In this document: positions 1 through 16,696 of the stretch, piece by piece
Position numbering within the stretch: the stretch's first letter is position 1
Layout: each line of letters starts with the position of its first letter
DNA from: Piromyces finnis finn
Lineage: Eukaryota > Fungi > Neocallimastigomycota
Length of the DNA stretch: 64,000 bases
Direction of reading: 5' to 3'
NCBI GenBank assembly: GCA_002104945.1
Contig: MCFH01000010.1
Location: 434,001 to 498,000, forward strand
Translations under genes and position numbers: made by a program
Notes under the pieces: model-generated
What the model was told of the DNA's origin: nothing
Databases searched by the model: none
What the model saw: the letters and a program-made list of their open reading frames with translations, nothing else

Positions 1-1186
1 TGTACATAAGAATAATCATCTGACAAGTTTCTTGATATATGTTTCTTTTATGTTGTAGCAATTTAATATTATTTTATTTATAATTTATTATATTAGATGA
101 ATATATTTTATTATTTCATTCTTCTAACAATTTCACTTCTTTAATTATTATATTTAATTATTAATTATAAAGCCTCTTCTAATGAATTATTGAGCATGAA
201 TGGTATAGGAATGAATAAATATTAATATATAATATTAATATATGAGAATGTAATGAAATATGTACATCTATTCTATAATTAATATATAACTAATGTATTA
301 TAATATATATCAATTATATTATTATTATTATTATGAAATATTTGATATAAATTTTTAAATCTGAAATTGACTATTTTAAATAATAAAAATTATTTTAAAT
401 AGGACTAAAGGGTAGCTAGACATATGAGTTTCATATCATTCTTTATGGTTCAATTTTATGATTATTAGAAAAATAAATATTGACATAGAACACCATTTAA
501 ATATAAAAATATTAATTTTAATTACCATTAAACCTTAAAAATTTTAAACTACGAGTTTTTGAGGAAATAATTGGATAATATTTTTTTTTTTTTTTTTTTA
601 TCTTTATTATCACCATAAAAGAAATGAAATCTTAAAAAAAAAAAAACCAAGATTTATAGTATTTTACTATTTTATTACTTTGGAAATTACTTTTTTTTTT
701 TATTAATGTTTTATTCTTCAATAAATAGTATTTATATATATTTTTTTACTTTTATTTTCAATAATTTAATATTGAATTTCTATTAGAAACGTTGTTTCTA
801 TTTCCAATAATTTAGTTTATGAATTAATTATTTCTAATGTTATTTTTAATTTTTATATTTATACTAAATATTATTAAAAATTTTACTTCTAAAATGTATT
901 AAATTATCATCATTAGAATAATAATAACAACAATAAAAATTAAAATAAATCTTGCAATTTATTACTTTATATTGATTTTTTTTTTTTTTTTTTTTTTTCA
1001 ATATTATTATGTGAAGGAAAAAATGATTAAAAAAAAAAAAAAAAAAGATGGGAATTATGAGGTTATTCAATTTAATCATTTTCACTGTATATAGTATATA
1101 AATAATAATTTAAATTAAATATAAATTAGTAAAAATTTTTTATTATTAAAATAAATTTTTATTATTTATTCATTTAGTTTAAAAAA

Positions 1187-2396
1187 TTACTTTTTTAATA
1201 GTTTTAATAGATTATTAAGATATTGTGGATAAGAAGGAGCATATTCATGTCTATCTTCAATAAGATTTGCAAAGAAACTACGCTTTAATAATTTCTGACT
1301 ATTTTCTTTAACAATGTATAGAATTGGATAGCAATTGCCACACAATAAATGATGACTTCTAATCTTATTTATTAATTTATGTATTATGAGAGAATATTCA
1401 TCTTGTGGTTTTGGTAATTCCATCTTTTAATTATTATAATAAAGATATTTTAATATATATTAAATTTTATCTTTTTTTTTTTAATAGAAAATAAATTTAT
1501 ATTATATAATAAAGGATAATTTATCAAAAAACTATAAAAAAAATACCTTTCCTGATAAAATTGAATCATAGTTCTTATTGAAAAGGGATTGAAGAATTTC
1601 TGGTTTACAATTTTTACCAATCCATATAAATAAATTTAATCCATTATCAATAAGATATATGCCACTGCCTTCAATACGATCGCTACATAAATTTTGTGCA
1701 TTTGGGAAATTAATAGATTCCTTAATATCCTCTATTGGCTTACCAACTTTAGAATTCAAATTATCAAGACGGTAAAACCTTGGTATTACCATATTTATTA
1801 CACTATTAATTGATTTTGAATAGAGCTGATTTAATACATAGGATTTCATATCGATAGATGATAATTTACTATTACAAATAGCCTCCTATTAAAGAATTAT
1901 TATTATAGATATAAAATGAATAGTTATAATTTAAAATATTTACCAAATATATGTATTATGGAAATAAAATATAAATTGATTTTAATACATTATTTAATAA
2001 AGCTAATGAAAAAAGAGGTAACAATTTTAATGTTGATGGTATTCTTAATAATTTATTCTCTTCTTTTGAAAAGAAAATGTTATTTAATGACTTAACCAAG
2101 TCAATGCATGTATTCTCAATTTGATTTCGAGCATATTCCGCTCCGTAATTGATAGTATTATCAGCAGCTATTTATTACGAAAAGTATAAATATTTTATTA
2201 TCATTAACATATAAATGAAAATATTTATGGTTAAAATATAATTAATATTAAAAAAATAATATAATTAAATTACCTCTTTTAGTCAAGAATGTACATAATG
2301 CACATATATCTATATTCTCAATGATAAAGGTTAAGTTACTTGATGTTGGGAAAGATTGTGTAATGACACGAACTTTTCTTTCACCTTTGATAATAT

Positions 2397-2435
<39 letters not shown>

Positions 2436-5400
2436 TATTTAAAAATTTAATATTTTAAATTATTATAATAAATTATAAAACAATATATGATTATAATGAT
2501 AATATAATTTTTTATAAAAAATTAAAATACCTTTATCATTAATATGAACTAAAACTAATTGAATTCCAACAATAGTGTCTTTAATATTTTCACAAACTTC
2601 AACTTCAACTGCATATGAATTTTCAGGATTTAGAATTGGTATAATATACTTTTCAGGAGATAATTGTGCTATATTACCATGAACTTTAGAAATAGTTAAT
2701 CCTTTTGAAACATTAAAGTAAGCAAGAACATCACGCCCAATTGATTTTGTTAATACTTTAGAAAGTTCATTGGTTAACTTATTTTCATCCGCTTTAATTG
2801 CAGAATTAAAGTTTTCATAAACATAAATCGATCCACCAGTACCTTTACTTAAGGATGCTATATTATGTTAGAATAGAAAAAGAAAAAAAAATTGCAAAAG
2901 TTTAAGTAATATATTTACATTAATAACTTTTTTTTTTTTTTGTGCGTGTGTGTGTGTGTCAAATTTTTTTATTTTATTTGAATTGATGTTAATGATTGAA
3001 GAAGAACTTACATAAAGTGGCAATATCCATATATTGATGAGGGAATAAGAATAGATCTATACATGTTTTATTTTGAACACAATCTTTAATAAATTGAGCA
3101 TAAAATTTATCCGATGGTTGGAATAAAGTTGCTTCCTGATAATGGTCATTTTTTTTTTTTTTTATTTTATAATATATATACATAAATAATTAATTTCTTT
3201 ATTAAAAATTTATCTAAATTTAAAAATTATTTGTTTTTTATGTAGATTTACCTTTTCTTCATCTGGATTTTTAACTTTTAAAGCACCAAGCCCAATATCT
3301 GGTAATATTGATTGAAAAGCAATAATTTTTCCTACATTATTTCCCTATTAAATGTAAATAATATATATATATATATTAATTATAATTATATAAAAATAAT
3401 TTAAATTTTATTTTCAATATGAAAAAAAAAAAAAGAAACATACAATTATTAAAGATGCTGCCTTAATTGCAGAACAACCAGCACTACTATTCGCATAGGA
3501 ATATGAAAATAGTTTATTTAATTTCTTCAAAAACTCTTCAATAGCTTTTCTGTATTCCTTTATATCAACAAATAAATCCTTTGGAGATGGAATAAATACA
3601 TCCTCTAATTCTGACATAACAATCATTGAAGGGAAATCAGTCTTGCTCTATTATATATACATAAAATTTATTATTTATATTAATAGGAATGAAATTAAAT
3701 TACCTTGTATATAATTTAATAAATATTTTTTTATTTTTAGGTTATATAAAAATATTCATTTAAATATATATATATTGGAATATTGAAAAAAAAAAAAAAA
3801 ATTACATTAAATTTGTAAAAATGAACAGTAGAATCGACGGTTATAAATCCAATTTTTACTTTTCCATTTGGATTTGGGATTTTATCTAAAGAATCTAATA
3901 TTGTATTAGCTACAGTATAAACCATACCTGATTGAATTGAAATATAGGAAATGTCAATTACAAATAGGTATATTGTATTTATAGTATCATCAACAGCCAT
4001 TGGAAAAATATAATCGACAATTGGGTTAACTAACTCAGGACGCTTCATACCCTTTTTACCACTCCATTTATAAAAGGAAGGAAGAGAATTGATTTGGTTA
4101 CAAATACTACATCTATAGCGTGAATTATCATCAAGAAACATTACAAATGGATTAATGTAAGCACGACAATTCGTACACATTGCTATTTTTTCTGGATTAA
4201 CTACTGGTATACGAGTATCTCCTTCGTGAAGATTTCTATATGGTGAAAATATAATTGAGAAAGGAATTTTTAACTTTTTAATAATAGATTTAGAATATGG
4301 AATAACATTTAAAGAACTAGCAACATATGAATAAAATGAATTATAGGAACGAATAACAGTATCTTTAGGTGATTTTGGTAAAATATGATAGTCAAATTGA
4401 GTAATATTATGTTTTTCATTAAATAGATTTGTAAATTTCGGAAGTTTATTCTTGGAATAAAATGATATATTTTCAGTTTCGTAAATTGGCATTGCAGAAG
4501 GACTACAATAAAAAATTCCTGATGGTATAATTTCATTTTTCTTATTATTAATAGTTGTGGAATCCTCTTCACCAGGTATAATATAATTAGATGTAGAATG
4601 AGGTATGGGTTTAAAGTCATTTATTAATGACATTGATTTTGATTCCGTTAAGGACTTTCCTTCGATATCATCTTCACTTCTATTTTCCCTGTAAAATAAT
4701 GTTGAATTTGAATAATACATATTAGCGCTCATTGGTTGATTAAGGTATGTCTTGTTCATATCATTTACAGGAACAGTCTGTGCAGATAACGGAGTCATAT
4801 GTAAATGATTTGTATTCATTGAAAGTGGAGGTGGTCTATTATGCATTACAGGATGAACAGGATTGATTTGATTATTTGTTGGAATAGGTGGAATAAATTC
4901 ACTATTACTACTAGGCGTTGTAACGCTTGAAGGAGTTGTTACACTATTTGATGTTATTGTTGTTGATGTTGTTGTATCTATTTTTGGATTGACTTGGATT
5001 TGGCCTGCTGAAGAATTAATTTTCTTTCCTATTGGAGATGGCGTTATATTAAAAATAGGGGCAGAAGTGTAAATGGTGGTGAATGTATTTTTACTAGACT
5101 CCGCTGTTGTTGAATGACGGCGTGTATTAATTTCTAATTTATTCATTTGATTGTTAATTGACGTTGTTGAAGGCAAAATACTTTCTGTAGATGTTTTATT
5201 TAACTCTGTATTAATAGTGTTAGGTTGATTAAAATTAACGCCGGAATGTACCAATGGTATATTATACATTTTTGAGGCAATAGGAGAAGATGAAAATGGT
5301 TGTGGAAACTTTTTATTAATATTGTTCAAGTTTGACGTATTTAATGATGGTATACTTGATTTTGGATCAGTATTTGATTTGAGATGATTACTATTTAATT

Positions 5401-6316
5401 GATTATTGAATGATGGATAATCCAAATTATTTCCAATATTATTTTTAATAGGAGAGTTGATACTTTCTTGTGAAAATGATGATCCAGCTGAAAGGGGTGT
5501 ATTTGATAATTGTGCTGAATTTAAACTTCCAGTTATACTTTCTTGGGATGATGGTGATAAATTGTTTGTATTTATTGGTCTAATACTTTGAGGAGGTATA
5601 TTTGATTTATTTTTCTCTATTTCCAATGGGGAAAGCATTCCATTCTGGATAGTACTATTTCTATTTAATGGTGAAATTTTTAGATTATTTGGAGGAATAA
5701 ATGGACGAACTGGATAAGGCATTGGTCTCTGTACACTATTTGAACCTGTTGGTATATTAGGTCTTATTGGTACATTTTGCCCTACAACCATATTAGGTCT
5801 TATTGGCACATTTTGTCCTACAGCTATATTAGGTCTTATTGGTGTATTTATATAATTAATATAATTTGACGGTGGTGGTCTATTAATAATCATATTAGAA
5901 TTTTGAGGCATTGCGCCTGATGATATCATAAATTTTGAACCTGCACTTAATGGTTGATTTAAATTATTATTCATAGTAGTCATTGAATGAGCTGAATTTG
6001 GACTAGAATTTGCTATAGGTGGTCTAGCCGAATTAGCATTAATTTTTATATTATTTTGTTCTTGAGAATTATATGTTGGAATTGAAATATTTGTTATATT
6101 TTCATTAAACATATTCTGGGCCCGAGGATTATTTATACTCGTCATACTGTTCCTCTTATTTATATGAAAATTTGTTTGTTCATTTCTTATGCTATTGGTA
6201 CTATGTCTCCTATCTGAGGAATGTATGTTACTATTAGTAACATTTTGTGTTGGAATTGTTGAATTATTATTAATCTCGGTAGTATTTATTGTTGAATTAT
6301 TTTGTAAGCTTGACAT
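1187..6316 (-). CDS. SEC24: COPII coat cargo adaptor Sec24 (Sec24A/B-like, diverged), about 9 exons; exon 1 is 6316..3806 and the last exon is 1423..1187
   Basis: Zinc finger CTNCRAYINPF...CSICNQIN, RPELVNPIVDY, trunk YLFVIDIS and GFITVDSTVHFY, FYAQF..C....IDLFLF..QYMDIATL, beta-sandwich ERKVRVIT, gelsolin-like GIYLIDNGLNLFIWIGK and C-terminal LIEDRHEYAPSY. ORF fragments are joined by GT..AG introns. Internal exon limits are approximate. Confidence 0.93.
2941..2959. repeat. (TG)n microsatellite in a SEC24 intron
   Basis: tgtgcgtgtgtgtgtgtgt seen directly. Confidence 0.8.
5754..5843 (-). repeat. 36-nt coding tandem repeat (about 2.5 copies) in the Sec24 N-terminal disordered region
   Basis: Encodes PIRPNIAVGQNV-PIRPNMVVGQNV-PIRPNI; atattaggtcttattgg recurs three times at 36-nt spacing. 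Confidence 0.9.
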
Positions 6317-8226
6317 TTTTATAAAATTCTATATTTATTATTGATATTAAATTATTTTATAATTTATATTTAGTAATAATAATTTATATTGTTTATTTTC
6401 TAATTGTATTTGAAATATAAATACTAAACTTTTCAATAAATAAGACAAAACTTTAGTTGTAAATATCAAATTTATTGAATATATAATTCATTTAATAAAG
6501 TAAACAATAGTTAAGAAATGAATTATTTTTATATTATATAAGAACTTAAAATATATATGATTTATCCTTTTATGAAAAAAAGTCTTCAGCGATAGAAATT
6601 AAAATAAATTATAAATATTATTTAGTTTATTCCAGAATTTCTTTTATTTTTTATTTTTTTATCTCCAATAAAAATGCTTTAGAATAAGAAATGTCTATTA
6701 AATAAATATTCATTTATAAATTTTTAAACATTATTTAATATTATTTTTATGCATATATTTATTTATTCGATGTTTATTTGCTCTACACAATGTTATTCTT
6801 TATTTTGTTTTTATTCTTTCTATTGTTATTATCAGTATAAAATAATGAATTTTAAATAAACGATATATTATAATTGAATATGAAATTTACTTTTAATTAT
6901 TTATAAAGTTTCTATACATATTTTATTGTTTGTTAATATGTTATTTAGGTTTACTGAATATAAACCATCTATCTTTTTTTAATATTATTGAAAAATAAAT
7001 AATTCTTTTGATATATAAAATATATATTTAAATTCTAGTATATATATACATCTTTATATTCTTTTTTAAGTCTTTTTCCTCTAATAATATTTGAATTAAT
7101 ATATATTTTTAGTAAAATATGTATATATATAAATAAGTTAATTTATTAATAATTTAGATTATTTATTTAATTTTTTTTTTAATATACAAAAGATTAATGT
7201 AAAAATTTTAATAATATGAATATAATTATATAAAAAAAAGATTATTTAAAATTATGGTTCTTTTAAAATAATATATGTATTTAGTTTATACTTTTATCTA
7301 TATATATATATATAAATGAAAAAAAAAAAAAATAGAAAATAGAAATATAATTATATAAATATAATGTATATTTGTATTGGATAGTAATGGATTAACAATA
7401 TAAATCTAACCTTATTTCTATGAAGTAAAAAAAAAACAAACACATTTAATGCATGCATATGTAATTATAAGAGAAATATTAATTTTAATTATAGAAAAAA
7501 ACTTAATTTATATATTTTTTTCATAGCTCCTAGATGTTTTTACTTTTTATCAACATTTTCTTGTACAACCTATCTTATTAATCTTATAATTTTTTTATTA
7601 TAAAAACAGAAGCTTGAATGTAAACTGTAAATTTGAAGTAATTATAAATTAAAAAAGATTATAATATTAGAATAAATAATTATAAGATTTTGTTTACATA
7701 TTATATTATATTATATTTTTTTTTATATTCTTGGTATATAAAATATATATATATTTATATATATTTTATAAAGTTATCATGAAAAAACAACGTACTTCTT
7801 TTCTCTTTTGATTTGTGAAATATTTATTGGATTAAAGATTCAAATAATATAAAATTGTTAATATTATTTAATTATTTCTCTTAATAACTATAACAATTAA
7901 TTAATATAATAATTAACATAAAAGATATTGTATTTAGTATTGATATTATCATCCAACAAAAACCTTCCCATAAACCATTTTCTTATAATAATGAAAGAAT
8001 GATTAAATATAATTTTTTTAATTAAAATTATTTTCCAATAAACATAAAATTCATGATAAAATATATAATATAATTTAATATTCATATCATATTAATTATA
8101 TATAAATTATTTAAATTAACGTATAGACGTTCCAATTATTATTAAAATTTAGTATTATTTGCATAACTTTATAATTATATGTATATGTAACCATCTTTAA
8201 ACATGATCATAATAACCATAATATAT

Positions 8227-8248
8227 AATAAATAAATAAATAAATAGA

Positions 8249-8287
<39 letters not shown>
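8227..8287. repeat. (AAAT)n microsatellite
   Basis: About 15 copies with one AGAT interruption. Confidence 0.85.
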
Positions 8288-8731
8288 AATCTATATTTTT
8301 TAAATAAAAATATCTATATTAATTATAAGTAAAAAAAAAATGTAAATTAAAATTAAAAATGGAATATTTCAAAGGAAAATCAATTATATAATTAATTTAT
8401 ATTTAATAAATACAAAAATAAATTATTTTTCATTATAATTAGGTATTTAAATTATAATTAAATTTTATTTGTTTTTATTCTCTTTATTTTATTTTTCATA
8501 TAACCCTTTTTTTGCTTTTCTTTTTATTAAATATACACAGTTATAATAATAAAATAAAATTTAAATTTAAATTATAATAATAAAGCAGTAAACCAAGAAA
8601 ATAATTCAATATATTAATTTATATAACATTTCATTTATATATGTAAGTAATAAAACTAATGTTATTGCTCAATTTGAATTAAATTTGAATTTTATATGAT
8701 AATTATAATATTTATTTATTAGAAAAGTACT

Positions 8732-8804
8732 TTTTTCAATATATTGAAAAAGGTAAATGATATAATATTTGATAATTATCAAATTTAATATCAACGCTTG
8801 ATAT
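8732..8804. promoter_or_regulatory. Cluster of three adjacent dyad-symmetric, GATA-rich elements upstream of the Sel1 gene
   Basis: 20-bp perfect palindrome 8732-8751; 36-bp palindrome 8758-8793 (16/18 pairs, perfect core ATTTGATAATTATCAAAT); 7-bp stem 8788-8804; five TGATA/TATCA cores. Function is inferred only. Confidence 0.3.
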
Positions 8805-9335
8805 AAACATTAAAACAAAAACATGTTTAATAAAATAAAAATAATTATAAAATTAATATTAATGTTGATTATAACCATTTAATATAAAATATAAATAACA
8901 AATATTAATAAACTAATTATTGTTTTTATTTATTAAATACTACTTTATTAAATATATAATTTATAGTTATTATTTTTTTTAAAAAAATAATATAATAAAA
9001 GGGAATTTTAAATTGATATAAATAAATAAAAAGGAGGAAAAATGAAATATAAAAAATAAAATAAAGGATTGTATACTTTGTTATATAATACATAATAAAG
9101 CAGGAAGGAAAAAAAAAAACAAAAAGAAAACAAAAATAAAAAAAAAAAAGAAAATTAAAAAAAAAAAAAAAAAGAAATAAAAATAAAAAAAAGGAAAAAT
9201 AAACAATATTAATAATAAAAAATTGAAAAAATAACAGGCCAAGAAATAAATATAAATAATTAAATTATATAATTATATTAACATAAAAAATATATAATTT
9301 ATTAAAAAGAATTATACTTTTTAATAAGAAGAAAA

Positions 9336-13497
<4,162 letters not shown>

Positions 13498-14743
13498 GTT
13501 ATATTGATAATTTATATTGATTTTTATCCTTTTTTTTTTAATTCAAATAAATATATGTATTTCTTTTTTTTCAATTTAATAATAATTATTAATGGTTTAA
13601 TTTTTTTTTATATAAAGTATAAATAGTATTATTCATTATTAAGATAAAATGAATAGATTATTATTAATATTCAAAATTCAAAATAAAATAATTTTATTTT
13701 CTAATTTATCAATTTTATAATTGTTATTATTTTAAATTGAATTTATTATAATAGCAATAATATAGCATATTAAAATATAATAATAAATGTATTATTATTA
13801 TTATTATCAATTTTTTTTTTCTTCAAGAAAAAAAAAAGAAAAGAAAAAAAAAAAAAACATCATAAAAATAATGGTAAAAAAAAAACAAACAAAATAAAAA
13901 ACAAAACATAATAAAACAAAAAATATATATAATTAAAATTAGAAATATTAATTAATATGAAGACTAGTTTTGTTCTGTTAATTTAAATACTGCATCTTTA
14001 TTTTTTTATTTTTTATTTTATTTTTTTTTTTTCTATGCTATCGGTTTTTACTTTATAAAGGAATAGAAAATATTAATTATTTTTATTTATTTATTTATAT
14101 AATATAGTTAATTTATATGAATATAATATATTTCATTATATGTATAATAAAATAAGAAAGAAATACTTCGTTTATCCTAAAGTGACTATTATTATTAATT
14201 ATTTATTTTTAAAATTTTGAATTAAAGTAGCTCAACTATTTAAAGAATTTTAATTAATATTCTTTCAAATTAAAATATTGTTTTAACAAAAAAGTAAGAA
14301 TAAGATTATATTATAATTTAATTTAAATGTTAATATTAATAACACGTTAACATCTTGCTTTATTACATTGAGTTCTTTTTTCTTTTTTCTTTTTTCTTTT
14401 TTTTTTTTTATCTTTTATTTTTCTATATAATAGAAAATCAATTTTATATAGTATTTTAATATTTTTATATTTCAAGCTTTTTTTTTTTAAAAAAAAAAAA
14501 ATTTTTAAAATTAAACATTTTTATTTTAACTAATTAATTTATAATATTCTTCCTAGTTGATAATACATCTTTAAATAAATCTTAGATATATTATTTTCTT
14601 TTAGTAAATATTTGTTATTTTTAAATAATTAAAAAATATATATATAATAATCTCTAAAATATAATAATAATAATCTTAATAATTAACATTATATATTTTA
14701 ACAGAAATATTATTAATATCTTTATATATATATATATATAAAA

Positions 14744-15435
14744 ATGAAACGTTCAAGAGATTTTGACGATGATGATGATGATTTAAATTCATCTACAAAA
14801 GTTAAAACAGATCCATTATTAATGGGGGATGAATTCGAAGATGAACAAGGTTATTTAAAAATGGATAATGCAGACAGAAAAGTATGGTTAGTTAAAGTTC
14901 CAAAATTTTTATTTGATAAATGGAGTTCAGTAACAGAAGAAGGAATAGACTATGGAAAATTAAAAATCAAAAATTCGTAAGTGACTAAAAATAAAAAACC
15001 AAAATTTAAATATATTTCATTTATTCTTCTTGAACAAAATAATAACAATTTATATTGACTACTTTAATTATTTAAAAATATATTAAAAAAATTAATAATA
15101 AATTGAAATGAAATTTCTATCAATTCTCGGGTTTTTTTTATTATTTTAATTTTTTTTATTACATATTTTACTTTTATATATGTAAATATGAACAACATTG
15201 ATATTAAATATAAAAAATTCACAAAATCAATATACAACATTCATATTATTTAGATCAAATACAAAATCAGGTATTGATGTCACTTTAGAATTAGATGACA
15301 GATTTTCACAGGATCTTCCAAAGAATTATAAATTACAATTTACAAATTATTCACCAAAATTTGGTGTTATACCAACAAATGAATATATATTTACAGATAA
15401 TGGCAAAGGAGGTAATTATTTTTTTTTTTTTTTTT

Positions 15436-15469
<34 letters not shown>

Positions 15470-16122
15470 CAGTTATTCTCATAAATAATTAATTAATTCA
15501 ACTTATATATATATATATATATATAAAATTGTAATAATATAATATATATTTATAATAAATATAATTAAAAAAAGCTGGTGTATCTATTGAAGGTGTTGTA
15601 CATAATGAAGCAACTATATCACCTATTGTTGATGAATATTATAAAAGAATTATGAATAGTCGTACTGAAGCTGCAACTAAGCATAAACGTCAAACTCAAA
15701 TCTTAACTGTAGAAAATGAAAAGAGAGCTCACCGTCTTACCTCATACAACGGAAACAGTTTTGCTGCTGTATGTTTAATGCTTATAAATATTAATAATGA
15801 TATAATTTTAATTTTGAAATACTTTTTTCCATTTTACTTAATATATAAAACATAAAACATATAAATTAAATTTTAATAACAGCAATCTAAACATAAGAAA
15901 ACTGTTCAAGAAAAGCGTGAACGTCTTCCTCGTGATGAAGTTCGTAGAATACTTTTCGAAGCCTATGAAAAATACGATAACTATAACTTCAAGGGTTTAA
16001 TGGAAATTACAAATCAACCTCAATCTTACTTGAAGGAAATTTTAGCAGAAATTGCTGTATTAAATAAACGTGGTCCTGCTGTTGGTACATGGCAACTTAA
16101 ACCAGAATATAGAAAGAAATAA
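14744..16122 (+). CDS. TFG2: TFIIF beta subunit (Tfg2/RAP30); exons 14744-14976, 15254-15411, 15575-15768, 15883-16122 (274 aa)
   Basis: KVWLVKVPKFLFDKW, NEYIFT, SIEGVVHNEATISP and the winged-helix C-terminus KRERLPRDEVRRILFEAYEKYDNYNFKGLMEITNQPQSYLKEILAEIA...TWQLKPEY. The chain closes in frame (825 nt). Confidence 0.95.
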
Positions 16123-16358
16123 AAAAAAAAAAAAAAAAGAAAAATTCCTACTTTAACATTCATACTTTTTTTTGTTTGTTTGTTTATTTGTTTTTCTTTA
16201 TTTAAAAATATATGTTAAATATTTATAAATATTTTTCTATTAAAATTTTATAATAAATAAAAACTTTTTTTCATAATAATATTTTAAATATATAAATATT
16301 ATTATCAGGCTTTACATATATTTGCATATATTATATATTTATTTTTGCGATTAGTATT

Positions 16359-16548
<190 letters not shown>

Positions 16549-16696
16549 TTTTTAAAAAAAAAAATCTTTTTATTACATAATATACAATTATTGTAATTAA
16601 TATCATATTTTTGATATTAATTCATTATTTATATATTGATATTTTTCATATTTTCTTTTCTTAAATTAAATATTTATTAACATAGCAAAATAAGAT

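Noticed and set aside
784-800. Hairpin TAGAAAC-GTT-GTTTCTA downstream of SEC24
   Set aside because: A 7-bp stem is expected by chance at this composition
864-1085. Short ORFs at 864-1085, 7897-8085, 20041-20295, 21808-21993 and 22890-23084
   Set aside because: They are composed of F/I/K/N/Y from homopolymer runs, with no GC rise or motif
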